DNA from: Candidatus Aquivivens invisus
Lineage (GTDB): Bacteria > Omnitrophota > Gorgyraeia > Aquiviventales > Aquiviventaceae
Assembly (NCBI GenBank): GCA_001804415.1
Contig: MHGA01000017.1
Location: 18,390 to 82,389, forward strand
Direction of reading: 5' to 3'
DNA length: 64,000 bases
Position numbers and translations under genes: made by a program. Shown piece by piece: positions 17,649 to 27,099 of the stretch (within the stretch, counting starts at the first letter, position 1; each line of letters starts with the position of its first letter). The notes below the pieces were generated by a model, which was not told where the DNA came from, did no database searches, and saw nothing but the letters and a program-made list of their open reading frames with translations.

Positions 17649-18185
17649 CTAACCTCCGCCGTGCCATAGGCCTCGCCCTTCCCTGCGGGCTTGCCTGGCG
17701 AGCGCTTGAAACCGCTCGACATATTTGACGTTGGGCGGAATCGTCAACAGCTGGGCGAATCCCTCCTCGAGCAGTTTGGCGTTGATCATCTCGCCCTCGA
17801 CGTAGACGTAGGCCAGCACCCGCCCGTACCGGTCATGCCGCTGCACGTCATATTCCAGGCGCACCCGCTTTCCGTCCACCCACCGGCGATTGGCTTCGGC
17901 GGCTTCGCGCCCGAACGGCTCCGGGTCTTCCACCCACCGACCGCCCACGCGCCGCCGTGTTTCCGGCGTATCGACGCCGATGTACCGAACGAGCTCACCG
18001 GTTGCCAATGTGATGGTGTCGCCGTCGATTGCGCGGGTGACCAAGACGCCCTCGCCTGACCCCTGCTCAGCGAGACGGGCAGGAGTCGCCGGCTCTTGAG
18101 GCGTCGAACGGAGCACCGCGACGAGGAGCGTCGCCGCCGCGCAGACCCCCATGACCAGCGACCGCTTCCGAGGCCACCGAAGCAT
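17649..18185 (-). CDS. Thermonuclease (SNase/micrococcal nuclease family), exported
   Basis: IDGDTITLATGELVRYIGVDTPE, RYGRVLAYVYV and LLEEGFA are SNase motifs. The start is placed at MLRWPRK.. with a signal-like MGVCAAATLLVAVL. The ORF-track start at 18263 uses GTG. Confidence 0.7.
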   Translation of the reverse strand: MLRWPRKRSLVMGVCAAATLLVAVLRSTPQEPATPARLAEQGSGEGVLVTRAIDGDTITLATGELVRYIGVDTPETRRRVGGRWVEDPEPFGREAAEANRRWVDGKRVRLEYDVQRHDRYGRVLAYVYVEGEMINAKLLEEGFAQLLTIPPNVKYVERFQALARQARREGRGLWHGGG

Positions 18186-18257
18186 GCGCGAGCCGTGCCC
18201 GCCAGAAGGCAGGCGGAGAGGAACGAGGCGACTTCTTGGTCGTGCCTTAATTTTGGA

Positions 18258-18331
18258 TTTCACAGATTAACGAGGATGATTACACCGATGACGTAATCTG
18301 TGTAATCTGAGTGGTTCAAATCTGTGTAATC
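18258..18331. promoter_or_regulatory. AT-rich segment with four copies of a TCTGTGTAATC / GATTACAC(A) motif, upstream of the thermonuclease gene
   Basis: ttcacagattaac; gattacac; taatctgtgtaatc; aatctgtgtaatc. Local GC is about 38% in a ~65% GC genome. Confidence 0.3.
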
Positions 18332-18346
18332 AACTTCAGACGATAC

Positions 18347-18661
18347 CTACTGCTTGAGGGGCTTGCCGACTTTGGCTTCAAGGGACTGCACTTTCGCGGT
18401 GATGCGGCCAGCACCGGGTTGGTCCTTGCGATCGTCGATCTGGATGGTCATCATGACGCGATCCGCTGTGTGGAGTGTGGCGTCGCGGCATCGTTTGGCC
18501 AAGGCCATAATCTGATCCCACTCCCCTTCCACGGTCGTCCCCATCGGACCCACCCGGTAGTCGAGCCCGCTCTGGTCAATGAGCGTGACCACCTGCGCCA
18601 GGAGGCCGCTGAGACTCGCACTGCCCGTCCCGATCGGCACCACGTCAAGTAACGCGAGCAT
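18347..18661 (-). CDS. MTH1187/YkoF-family (DUF77) small ligand-binding protein
   Basis: MLALLDVVPIGTGSASLSG..YRVGPMGTTVEGEWDQIM resembles the MTH1187/YkoF fold family. Confidence 0.55.
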   Translation of the reverse strand: MLALLDVVPIGTGSASLSGLLAQVVTLIDQSGLDYRVGPMGTTVEGEWDQIMALAKRCRDATLHTADRVMMTIQIDDRKDQPGAGRITAKVQSLEAKVGKPLKQ

Positions 18662-18706
18662 CGTTCTCACCCCCGTTGGGTACTATAGCAGCGTCGAGGA
18701 CATCCG

Positions 18707-18750
18707 TCAAAAACGAAAGCCCCGCATGCCAGACTTGCCTGCGGGGCTCT
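18707..18750 (-). terminator. Rho-independent terminator downstream of the 694-aa exported-protein gene
   Basis: Minus-strand stem AGCCCCGCAGGC-aagtctg-GCATGCGGGGCT followed by TTTCGTTTTTGA. Confidence 0.6.
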
Positions 18751-18764
18751 CGCATCACATCGAT

Positions 18765-20849
18765 CTACCCCCGCCGAAGACGAGTGACGACCACACCGCC
18801 CACCGGAAACAGGAACAGACCGATCGCGGTCAACGGCACCCACGGCTCGGGCAGCCGGACGAAGGTGGCGTCCAATTCCAGCGCCTCCTGCACCGTCATC
18901 AGCCGGCTGAACCGATGGACGGTACCGGCCTTCGGCAGCTGAATCTTGAGCGGCAAGATGCCGCGTTCTTGAAGCTGACCAAGCCCTTTGATCACTTGAT
19001 CGACGAGCCCGTCGTCAGAGCCCGAAGCGTCGTCACCGCTTCCGCCTGTCTGTCGATCTCGCGCAACGAGTCTCTTGACAGAGGAGCTTTCGGATCGGCC
19101 ATACGCGTCACCAGATTGCGCTTTCTCGAGGAGAACAGCCTTGTTGTTGTGCTCCAAAGCCCGGATCGTTCGAGGCAATTTCTCTTGGGTCTGTTTGTTG
19201 CCTCCCTCCTTTAACCGTTCGTCCTTGTATTCGTACCCCGCCTGGTTCGACAGAGGAGCGGACATCGCCGCCAACACAAATGGCTCCTCCACGAAGCCAC
19301 CCGCGGCGACCCCTCGATCGAGGTTGCCGCTGAACTTGAAGAACTTGACCTGCTTGGGTGCGAAGAGCGACCAGTTGGCGACGGTGGTCGGCACATCGAG
19401 CCTCGGGCCGTGGAGTCGCAACTGGCCGAGGCGCGACAGCTCCGGCCGCTGCTCAAAATAGACAAGCTCCACCGCCACCGCCCGCGCGGAGTCGCTCGTT
19501 GTGTCCAACGGAACGAGCAACACGTCCCCGTCACCCTTGACCGGCTTGACCGACCGTCCATCGACGATGCAGCTCCATAACGTCGCCCCTTCAGGCAAGG
19601 TGACGCCGAGGAACTGCTTCTTGTTGGCCTTCACGAGGTAGGTGGCACGGGTCAGGAGCTGGCCTTGTCGAGAGAGCACCGTCACCAATTCGCCGCGCTC
19701 GGCGACGGCCGCCAAGACCGCGTGATCCTCATGTCGGGTCAATGCCAACATCCCTCGGTACGGATGCTGGTGGTAGCGGAAGGCCAGGACGGCCGGGGCG
19801 GAGGTCCCAGTCCGAAGGACGTCGGGAAGCTCCCTGACGTCGACGCGGTTCATCCCCTCCGTGGTCCGTGGGGCGATCTCGATGTTGCCGGTTCTGGCGA
19901 TGGCGAGATACCCGCGTTCCTGCTTGACCCCCACTAACTCAATCTCCGGCAGGGTGTACTCGGTGGCAGCCTCCGTGATCGTCTCCTCCCCCTCGACGAT
20001 CAGCTGATACGTCGTCTCTTTCAGGGCTCCTCCGAGTGTCACCGTCAGTGTCTTGTGCCCGTCGATCTCCGTCACCTTCCAGTCCTCAATCCCTGCGCCT
20101 CGGACGTTGAGCACGTTGATGGCCGACGGCAGACGCAGACGAAACTCCTTCGTCTCCCCTTGCGCGATGCGATAGGCTGCCATCGTGGTCAGACGCGCGA
20201 GCTGTTCTTCGAGGATGACGAGGTGAGAGGTCTCCGCGTAGAGGACGGGCTCCACATGGACCGGTGCGGCGGGTCTCGTCTTCCATCGCAGATCAATCCG
20301 GTCAGCAGCCCCGACCCGAGCCACGAGCGTGACACCCTCCCGCAGACCATCCGGCTTCCGCTCCACATAGAGCTGATCCTGCGGACGCAGCTCCACATCC
20401 TTGCGCGGGACAAAGAGGGAGACGGTTGAAAACGTCGCCGTCGGAATACTGAACTGAACCCCCTCAGACTGGCTGTCCTGCGTCAGGAGGGCTGCGAACT
20501 TCACCTCCACTGTGTAGGCGCCCTTCTTCGAGGCCGCCAGGACATACGATCCGTTCCGGGCCACGACGTGCGCTTCCCCGGCTTTCGAGCGGATCTCGAT
20601 GGAGGTCACGGTGGCCCCATCGAGTTGCAGCGGAACCTCGGTCCATCCTTCGCGGATGACGCGGATGGTATAGCGCGCTTCGATACGCGCGATCTGCTCC
20701 TTGACCTCGCCGGTGTACTCCGCCGATTCAACCACCCAGGCGGGCGATCCTGGGGCGATCGAGGATTCGGTGGCGCCGAGGAGGGGGCACCATCCGAACA
20801 GTGCCATCACCACGACGTTAGTTGCCATGCGGCTTGCACGGGACATGGG
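18765..20849 (-). CDS. Large exported protein of unknown function with a C-terminal membrane anchor
   Basis: The start MSRASRMATNVVVMALFGWCPLLGA is signal-like and is preceded by a GGAGG RBS. The C-terminal hydrophobic segment is WVPLTAIGLFLFPVGGVVV. No recognisable catalytic motif. Confidence 0.5.
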   Translation of the reverse strand, partial: PMSRASRMATNVVVMALFGWCPLLGATESSIAPGSPAWVVESAEYTGEVKEQIARIEARYTIRVIREGWTEVPLQLDGATVTSIEIRSKAGEAHVVARNGSYVLAASKKGAYTVEVKFAALLTQDSQSEGVQFSIPTATFSTVSLFVPRKDVELRPQDQLYVERKPDGLREGVTLVARVGAADRIDLRWKTRPAAPVHVEPVLYAETSHLVILEEQLARLTTMAAYRIAQGETKEFRLRLPSAINVLNVRGAGIEDWKVTEIDGHKTLTVTLGGALKETTYQLIVEGEETITEAATEYTLPEIELVGVKQERGYLAIARTGNIEIAPRTTEGMNRVDVRELPDVLRTGTSAPAVLAFRYHQHPYRGMLALTRHEDHAVLAAVAERGELVTVLSRQGQLLTRATYLVKANKKQFLGVTLPEGATLWSCIVDGRSVKPVKGDGDVLLVPLDTTSDSARAVAVELVYFEQRPELSRLGQLRLHGPRLDVPTTVANWSLFAPKQVKFFKFSGNLDRGVAAGGFVEEPFVLAAMSAPLSNQAGYEYKDERLKEGGNKQTQEKLPRTIRALEHNNKAVLLEKAQSGDAYGRSESSSVKRLVARDRQTGGSGDDASGSDDGLVDQVIKGLGQLQERGILPLKIQLPKAGTVHRFSRLMTVQEALELDATFVRLPEPWVPLTAIGLFLFPVGGVVVTRLRRG

Positions 20850-21030
20850 AGCCTCCTTGCATCGTTGAGTGCAGTTGTTCCAGCCTCCGCTTGAGTTCTC
20901 GGATATCCGCATCCGACAGCGGAGGGGCTACCAGCACGAGATCGATCGCCTGTTGGGGCATCGTCGCCTCCTTATCTACGTGATGAGACACGCCGGAGGC
21001 GAAAAAGTTCCAGGGAAAATGCGCGGGGGC

Positions 21031-21954
21031 TTACTCGGAGGGCACGAGTTGGAGTTCGATCACGAGGAGTGACTCAACGGGCCGAGCGGCAGGGGAGACC
21101 CCAGACGTACCCGAGACGGAAGAGGTGGCGGCGAGCTCGTCGGCTTTGACGTTCGCTTCAGCTTTCTGACCGGTTTCCTGCTCAGAGGCGAGGTGTCCAT
21201 ACGTCTGAAGCGCAGCCAAGAGCGTCGGGTAGCGGGAGGCGGGAAGCCGCACGATCAGACGATCGCCGTGCGTCGTCATCGTCGCTCCTGGGATGGGGGA
21301 GAGCCATCCATGCAGTTGTACGGTCGCCTGGACCCGATCAGGGACGGCCCACCTGATCAACCGGTCATGGTCGTTCGCGCGGCCAGCTTCAGAGAAGAAA
21401 ACGTCACTGTCGCCCCCTTCACCGGGCCGTTGTCTCTCAGCAATCTTTGCAACAGGAGCTTGAGGAAGACGCGGTGCCATGGCGCTGAGGAACTCTGAGG
21501 AGCTCACTTGCTTACGGCGTTCGCCCACCGCGGATCGGTCAGCTTCCCGTGTTGACTTACGGTCCGCCACGGTCTGCTTGTTCAGTGTGCCTGCCAACCG
21601 GAGGCGCCCCGGCAGAGCGTGTTGCAGGTAGAGGGGGGTAGCGACGAGGAAAACTAAGAGGACGGTGACCGCGAGCGCCAGACTGTGTTGCAATCTCGGA
21701 AGCGGCCACCAGGCCAGCAGGGGCTTCCAGCGCGGCTTGACCGCGAGTTTCTCGTGGACACCCGCCAGCAAATCCCGAGGCGCCTCAACCGCCTTCAGGC
21801 CTTTGAACGAAGCGAGAAGCTGTTTCAAACAGTCCAGCTCGCTGCCGCAGGTGGGGCAGCGGCCCAGATGTTGCTCGAGCTCGGCGCGTCGTGCGGTCTC
21901 CAGCGCCCCATCGAGATACGGAGACAACCATTGACGATAGTCTTGACAGTCCAT
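21031..21954 (-). CDS. Anti-sigma factor (zf-HC2 zinc-finger N-terminus, single TM)
   Basis: MDCQDYRQWLSPYLDGAL..HLGRCPTCGSELDC is the HxxxCxxC anti-sigma zinc motif. The TM is LALAVTVLLVFLVATPL. The stop overlaps the ECF sigma start. Confidence 0.65.
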   Translation of the reverse strand: MDCQDYRQWLSPYLDGALETARRAELEQHLGRCPTCGSELDCLKQLLASFKGLKAVEAPRDLLAGVHEKLAVKPRWKPLLAWWPLPRLQHSLALAVTVLLVFLVATPLYLQHALPGRLRLAGTLNKQTVADRKSTREADRSAVGERRKQVSSSEFLSAMAPRLPQAPVAKIAERQRPGEGGDSDVFFSEAGRANDHDRLIRWAVPDRVQATVQLHGWLSPIPGATMTTHGDRLIVRLPASRYPTLLAALQTYGHLASEQETGQKAEANVKADELAATSSVSGTSGVSPAARPVESLLVIELQLVPSE

Positions 21955-22556
21955 CAGACTCTCCCGTCCACCAGCGCCTTCAACCGAAGCCGGGCTCGGC
22001 TCAGCCTCGATTTCACGGTCCCGAGGTTCCAGCGCAACGCCTGCGCGATCTCTTCGTACGACAGACCCTGGATATCCCGCAAGACCACGACCGAACGACT
22101 CTCGTCATCCAGCAGCTGTAAGGCCGCCATCAGCTGGTGCTGCTGCTCATGCCCCATCGCCTGCGCCGCGGGGGTTGGTGACGGATCGGCCACTTCCGGG
22201 TCCATTGGTCCCTCCTCCCCTTCGACCGGATCATCCAGCGAGGCGACGATGAGCCGATTCCTCCTGGCCCACCAGCGCCGGCGGTTGCGGCACAGATTCA
22301 TCGTAATCGCGACGAGCCATGTTGACAACTTCGCCTCGCCCCGAAACGTCCCGATCCTCCGGTAGGCCAGGACGAACACGTCTTGGGCGACGTCTTTCGC
22401 TTCGTCCCAGTGGCCGAGCATCCGCAGGGCGACCGCAAAAACCTGCTGCTGATGTGTGAGCACCAACTGATCGAAGGCCGCCGCGTCGGCCTGCCGGCAC
22501 CGCTGGACGAGATGGCGTTCCTCTTCGGTAGGATTAGACACGCGAGCGGGCTCCAT
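21954..22556 (-). CDS. ECF-type RNA polymerase sigma factor (sigma-70 family)
   Basis: Region 2 is FDQLVLTHQQQVFAVALRMLGHWDEAKDVAQDVF and region 4 is VVLRDIQGLSYEEIAQALRWNLGTVKSRLSRAR. Confidence 0.8.
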   Translation of the reverse strand: MEPARVSNPTEEERHLVQRCRQADAAAFDQLVLTHQQQVFAVALRMLGHWDEAKDVAQDVFVLAYRRIGTFRGEAKLSTWLVAITMNLCRNRRRWWARRNRLIVASLDDPVEGEEGPMDPEVADPSPTPAAQAMGHEQQHQLMAALQLLDDESRSVVVLRDIQGLSYEEIAQALRWNLGTVKSRLSRARLRLKALVDGRV

Positions 22557-22582
22557 AGTTCCCGAGACGCGACACACCCGGG

Positions 22583-23680
22583 TTATTTCGAGGCTTCTGC
22601 GACTCGGATGCGCTTGCTGATCGCGGGGTGATCATAGAACATCCATTCGATCCAGCGGGGTGGGGCGGGGTCGGCGAGGTTGAGCTCGCCGAGCTTGCGC
22701 AAGGCATTCGCAAACACGATCGGAGCGCGTGTCACCGAGACGGCGAACCGATCCGCTTCCCACTCGAAGGCGCGCGAGATAGCATTCTGCAACGGCAGAC
22801 CGAGGAGGCCGATGACCGACAAGGCCAACAGGAGCGCGGGAAACCCGGCGATGTCCGACAATCCCGAGAGCTGCAGCCGGGCGACCCACCAGCGCGAGGC
22901 CCATGCGATGAGCGAGAAAGCGATCCACGAGCCCGCGGCGCTGATCAACAGCATTTTCGTGATGTGCCGCGCGCGGTGATGGCCCAGCTCGTGAGCGAGG
23001 ACGCTTTCGATTTCTTCGTGGCTGAAACGCTCAAGCAGCGTGTCGGACAAAAGCACGCGGCGCGTCCGCCCCAACCCGGCTAACGCCGCATTGGCTTTGC
23101 GGGTTTCGGCGCCGAGGCCGACACGAAACGCCCCCAGCGCCTTGACCCCGAGCCGCTCACACAACGACAGGAGCCGTTGGATGAGCAAGGCATCGGTAAG
23201 GGGTGAGGTCTTGTAAAGAAAAGGCAGCAGCATCGTGGGGAAGATCCGGGCTAGCACCACACTCACGCCCACCCAGCCGATCGTCGCCCAGATCGTCCAC
23301 GTGGTCGGCGCGAGGCGCAGGATGGCGTACCATCCCTCGAGGAGGGCTCCCCACACCACGGCGCTGACGAGGACATGTTTGCCCTCGCGACTGAACCAGC
23401 CCGCCACCGTCAACCGAGACAGCCCGAAGCGATGCTCCAGCGTGAAGCTGCCGTACCAATGCAGCGGGAAAAAGATCACATAGTTGACCAGGCCGAACAC
23501 CGCCAGGTAGGCCGCAATGCGCAGCCACTCCACTGAGGTCAGCGTGACCACAAGCCGAGCCGCGGCGTCAGAGAACCCAAGTCCCTGAAAGGCGAGCAGG
23601 AAGACGATCCAACCGAGGAGCTCAGCGAGCAAGAGTCGGTACCGAATCCTCGCGTACTGACGAGCTGCGGTGTCAGTCAT
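22583..23680 (-). CDS. M48-family zinc metalloprotease (Ste24/HtpX-like), polytopic membrane protein
   Basis: HELGHH zinc motif, a downstream EWEADRFA glutamate and several TM helices. The start is at MTDTAARQY. The ORF-track extension to 23869 crosses the palindrome cluster. Confidence 0.7.
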   Translation of the reverse strand: MTDTAARQYARIRYRLLLAELLGWIVFLLAFQGLGFSDAAARLVVTLTSVEWLRIAAYLAVFGLVNYVIFFPLHWYGSFTLEHRFGLSRLTVAGWFSREGKHVLVSAVVWGALLEGWYAILRLAPTTWTIWATIGWVGVSVVLARIFPTMLLPFLYKTSPLTDALLIQRLLSLCERLGVKALGAFRVGLGAETRKANAALAGLGRTRRVLLSDTLLERFSHEEIESVLAHELGHHRARHITKMLLISAAGSWIAFSLIAWASRWWVARLQLSGLSDIAGFPALLLALSVIGLLGLPLQNAISRAFEWEADRFAVSVTRAPIVFANALRKLGELNLADPAPPRWIEWMFYDHPAISKRIRVAEASK

Positions 23681-23688
23681 TTGCACTG

Positions 23689-23925
23689 TGGAGCCCCACG
23701 GGCAAGCCCGTGGCCCCCTCCACGACGCCCCGTGTGGGGCGAACATCCCGCCCACCGGTCCGCTGAAGTACAGCCGACGGGGCCCCCGGCCAAGGCCGGG
23801 GCCCGATGGCGGGGTCGAAACGCCGCCAGGCCGCGGGTGACGCGGAGCCAAGGCTCCCGCCGTCCCCACTGCTTCGTTTTGCTTCGTTTTTGCGAAGCAA
23901 AACGAAGCAAAACGGTGGGGAAGGC
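23689..23925. repeat. Cluster of GC-rich palindromes (REP/BIME-like), including copy 2 of the CCCCAC..GCAAAACG..GTGGGG element at 23864-23920
   Basis: gtggagccccacgggcaagcccgtggccccctccac; gccccgtgtggggc; gggcccccggccaaggccggggccc; ccccactgcttcgttttgcttcgtttttgcgaagcaaaacgaagcaaaacggtgggg. Confidence 0.5.
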
Positions 23926-23964
23926 GCAGCGGCAGGCCCTGCGGCCCCAGGGCGTTTCGACATT

Positions 23965-25605
23965 TCAGTCATCCACGACAGCGAGATGGCCGCCAGGCGA
24001 GGCGACCTCCCCCCCACGGCACGCGAGACTGGCGGACAGAACCTGATGGTAGTCATGGACCTGCGTGGCAATCTCCTCATCCGAGAATCGCCCGTACCGC
24101 TTCAGCAGATCGGTGAGTGTCGAAAGCCCGTCGAGTCCCTGGCAGGCACTGAAGGCGATGGCGGTCCGACGGACCAGCAGATCGCTGACCGTGCACGCCA
24201 GCTCGTCCTGGAGGGCGTAGACCAACTCCGCCTGGATGACGTCGTGGTGCGGGCAGACCGGCTGGATGAGGCGAGGCTCGAACTCCAGCAGGTGGAGGAT
24301 GCGAAAGGTGCCGGTCCCGTAGCGGATCAGCAAGCGGGCAAGGAGAGGCTCCGGAATGTCCCGTGTCACCTCCTGCCAGCGAGTGAGCACGACGGGATGG
24401 ACAGGCTCAAGCAGGCCGACCTGATGCGTGAGGCACGCCTCGGCCCGAAACCGCCAGCGGCTGAGCACCGCATCCAGCGTCTGCTTCGCCATCAAGCGGA
24501 ACGTCGTGTACTTGCCCCCCATCACGCTGACCAACCCCGCCGCATCGACTTCAAGGCGATGCTCCCGTGAGGCGCGCGTGGCGGATCCTGAAAACGCCAG
24601 GAGCGGCCTTGCGCCGGCGAACGTCGCGATGACATCGCGGGCTGTGAGCCGCGCACCGGGCACCACGCGGTTCGCCTCCGTCAACAGAGACTCGACTTCC
24701 TCCGGGGTCGCCGAGAGCGTCTCGAGATCCGGGGCGTCTGATTCGGTGGTCCCGAGCAACGTCGCCTCGGCCCAGGGCACCAGGAACATCATCCGTCGAG
24801 TGGAACGGGCCTGGACGAAGAGGGGATGGGCGCAGAGCCGAGGCACCACGACGTGAATGCCTTTCGTCGGAGCAAGCCGCGTGCCGGCGTGCGGGACGCT
24901 CAGCCTTCTCACCGCGTCAGACCACGGCCCGGTGGCGTTGACGACGACGCGGGCGCTGAGGCTGAAGCGCTCGCCGGTTGGCCGATCTTCCACGAATGCG
25001 CCGGTGAGCCTGCCCGCGGTTTTCTGAAAGGCCAGCAGCGTCACATAGTTGACGCAGACCGCTCCGAAGGCGACGGCCTGCAGGATGTTCGCCAGGCACA
25101 ACCGGGCATCATCCATCTGGCAATCGACATAGGTGCCCATGGCGCGCAACCCGTCGGGATTCAACCGTGGTTCGTACTGGACCGCCCGGCGAGGCGACAG
25201 CAGCCGATGGCGGGTCAGCCCGCCTCGCCCGGCGAGCAGGTCATAGAGCCTCAATCCGCACGCGATCTTCCACGGCGCCCGGACATCGCCTCGATAGACG
25301 GGAATGGCGAGGGTCGCCGGCCACACCAACTGAGGGGCGATGGTCCGGAGGATGCGCCGCTCCCGCAGGCTTTCAGCCACAAGCCGCAGCCGACCCTGCT
25401 CGAGATAGCGAAGGCCGCCGTGGATGAGCTTCGAGGTCTTGGAGCTAGCACCCCCGGCAAAATCTCCTCGCTCGATGAGGGCGACCCGAAGGCCCCGCAT
25501 GGCCGCATCGCGGGCGATCCCTGCCCCGACAATCCCGCCGCCGATGACCAGCAGGTCAAACGATTTGGATCTCAAGCGGGCGAGGAGTTCGCTACGTCGA
25601 TTCAT
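23965..25605 (-). CDS. glpD: FAD-dependent glycerol-3-phosphate dehydrogenase
   Basis: DLLVIGGGIVGAGIARDAAMRG (FAD GxGxxG) and the GlpD-like C-terminal domain. Confidence 0.8.
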   Translation of the reverse strand: MNRRSELLARLRSKSFDLLVIGGGIVGAGIARDAAMRGLRVALIERGDFAGGASSKTSKLIHGGLRYLEQGRLRLVAESLRERRILRTIAPQLVWPATLAIPVYRGDVRAPWKIACGLRLYDLLAGRGGLTRHRLLSPRRAVQYEPRLNPDGLRAMGTYVDCQMDDARLCLANILQAVAFGAVCVNYVTLLAFQKTAGRLTGAFVEDRPTGERFSLSARVVVNATGPWSDAVRRLSVPHAGTRLAPTKGIHVVVPRLCAHPLFVQARSTRRMMFLVPWAEATLLGTTESDAPDLETLSATPEEVESLLTEANRVVPGARLTARDVIATFAGARPLLAFSGSATRASREHRLEVDAAGLVSVMGGKYTTFRLMAKQTLDAVLSRWRFRAEACLTHQVGLLEPVHPVVLTRWQEVTRDIPEPLLARLLIRYGTGTFRILHLLEFEPRLIQPVCPHHDVIQAELVYALQDELACTVSDLLVRRTAIAFSACQGLDGLSTLTDLLKRYGRFSDEEIATQVHDYHQVLSASLACRGGEVASPGGHLAVVDD

Positions 25606-27086
25606 CTCGTTCTCGACCGAACCCGCTCAACGGCTTCCTTCCAACCCTGGTAGAGTCGGTGACGTTGGGTTGAGGACATCCGCGGCCGAAAGATTCGCTC
25701 GGCACGCTCCAGCACACAATCGAGTCGATCGGCCTTCCACCACCCAAGCGCCATCCCGGCTAACAAGGCTGCGCCCTTCGCGGTGTTTGCCACGAGGTGG
25801 GGCCGCGCCACCTCAATGCCCAGTAGGTCCGCTTGAAACTGCATGAGCCAATTGTTTTGCGCCGCTCCTCCATCGACCTGGAGACGTCGCAGTCGCATCC
25901 CGCTGTCCTGCTGCATTGCCTCCACCACATCGCGGGTCTGGTACGCCAGCGACTCCAGGGTCGAGCGCACGATGACCTCGCGCGTCGTGCCCCGCGTCAG
26001 GCCCACCATCGCGCCGCGCGCAAACATATCCCAGTACGGCGCCCCCAACCCCACAAACGCCGGGACGACATAGACTCCGCCCGTGTCGTGGACCTGGCGG
26101 GCCACCGCCTCAGTCTCCTGCGCCGTGTCGATCAGCTTCAGGCCGTCCCGCAACCACTGAATAGCCGCTCCGGCGATGAAGACGCTGCCTTCCAGCGCGT
26201 AGACCGGCTGTCGGTCTTCGCCGACCGCCAGGGTCGTGATCAACCCATGACGGCTCTGCACGTATCGCCGTCCGGTATTCACCAGGAGAAAGCAGCCGGT
26301 ACCGTACGTGTTTTTAGCGGTGCCGGGTTGCAGGCAGCCGTGACCCACCATCGACGCTTGCTGATCCCCGGCGAGCCCCAGAATCGGAATGCCCGCAGGC
26401 AACGGTCCAACGGCACAGCTCGTTCCGAAGAGTCCGCTGGATGATTGCACCTCGGGCAAGAGGCTGCGCGGCACGCCGAAGAGGCGCAACAACGCGGGGT
26501 CCCACGCGCGGGTGCGGATGTTGTACAACAGCGTCCGCGAGGCGTTCGTGTAGTCGGTCGCGTGGATGCTCCCGCCGGTCAGGTGCCACAACAACCAGGC
26601 ATCCACCGTGCCGAACGCGAGATGCCCCTGCCGGGCCAACCGGCGAACGCCCGCGACATGGTCCAACAGCCAGCGGATTTTCGTCCCGGAGAAATAGGCG
26701 TCGAGGACCAGGCCGGTTGTGCGGCGGATGAGGGGCTCCGCCTTGCGGCGCTTGAGCGCCTCGCACATCGGGGCGGTTCGACGGCACTGCCACACGATCG
26801 CCGGTGCGACCGCCTTGCCGGTGCGCCGATCCCAGAGGATGGTGGTCTCGCGCTGGTTGGTGATCCCGATGGCGCTCAGGCGCCGTGCGGGCAGATGCGC
26901 CCCATCCAGCGCCCGCTTGATGACCCGCAGGGTGATCGTCAGGATTTCATGCGGGTTGTGCTCAACCCATCCCGGCTTGGGGTAGTGCTGGGGAAGCTCC
27001 TCGTAGCCCCGTCCGACCACCCGTCCCCGACGATCGACGAGCAGCACGGTGGTGCCGGTGGTCCCCTGATCAATCGCGAGAATCAT
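25602..27086 (-). CDS. glpK: Glycerol kinase
   Basis: MILAIDQGTTGTTVLL.., GWVEHNP, and FGT..AWLLW are FGGY kinase motifs. The stop overlaps the glpD start. Confidence 0.9.
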   Translation of the reverse strand: MILAIDQGTTGTTVLLVDRRGRVVGRGYEELPQHYPKPGWVEHNPHEILTITLRVIKRALDGAHLPARRLSAIGITNQRETTILWDRRTGKAVAPAIVWQCRRTAPMCEALKRRKAEPLIRRTTGLVLDAYFSGTKIRWLLDHVAGVRRLARQGHLAFGTVDAWLLWHLTGGSIHATDYTNASRTLLYNIRTRAWDPALLRLFGVPRSLLPEVQSSSGLFGTSCAVGPLPAGIPILGLAGDQQASMVGHGCLQPGTAKNTYGTGCFLLVNTGRRYVQSRHGLITTLAVGEDRQPVYALEGSVFIAGAAIQWLRDGLKLIDTAQETEAVARQVHDTGGVYVVPAFVGLGAPYWDMFARGAMVGLTRGTTREVIVRSTLESLAYQTRDVVEAMQQDSGMRLRRLQVDGGAAQNNWLMQFQADLLGIEVARPHLVANTAKGAALLAGMALGWWKADRLDCVLERAERIFRPRMSSTQRHRLYQGWKEAVERVRSRTR

Positions 27087-27099
27087 CTCAGCGCCTGCG

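Noticed and set aside
18258-18331. LexA (CTGT-N8-ACAG) or Fur box in the AT-rich region
   Set aside because: The CTGT/ACAG half-sites are in the wrong relative orientation and spacing. There is no GATAATGATAATCATTATC-like 19-mer.
18662-18764. TPP riboswitch upstream of the YkoF/MTH1187-like thiamine-binding protein gene
   Set aside because: The leader is only ~100 nt. It lacks the CUGAGA and ACCUGAUCUGGAUAAUGCCAGCG consensus segments. Most of the region is accounted for by the terminator of the upstream gene.
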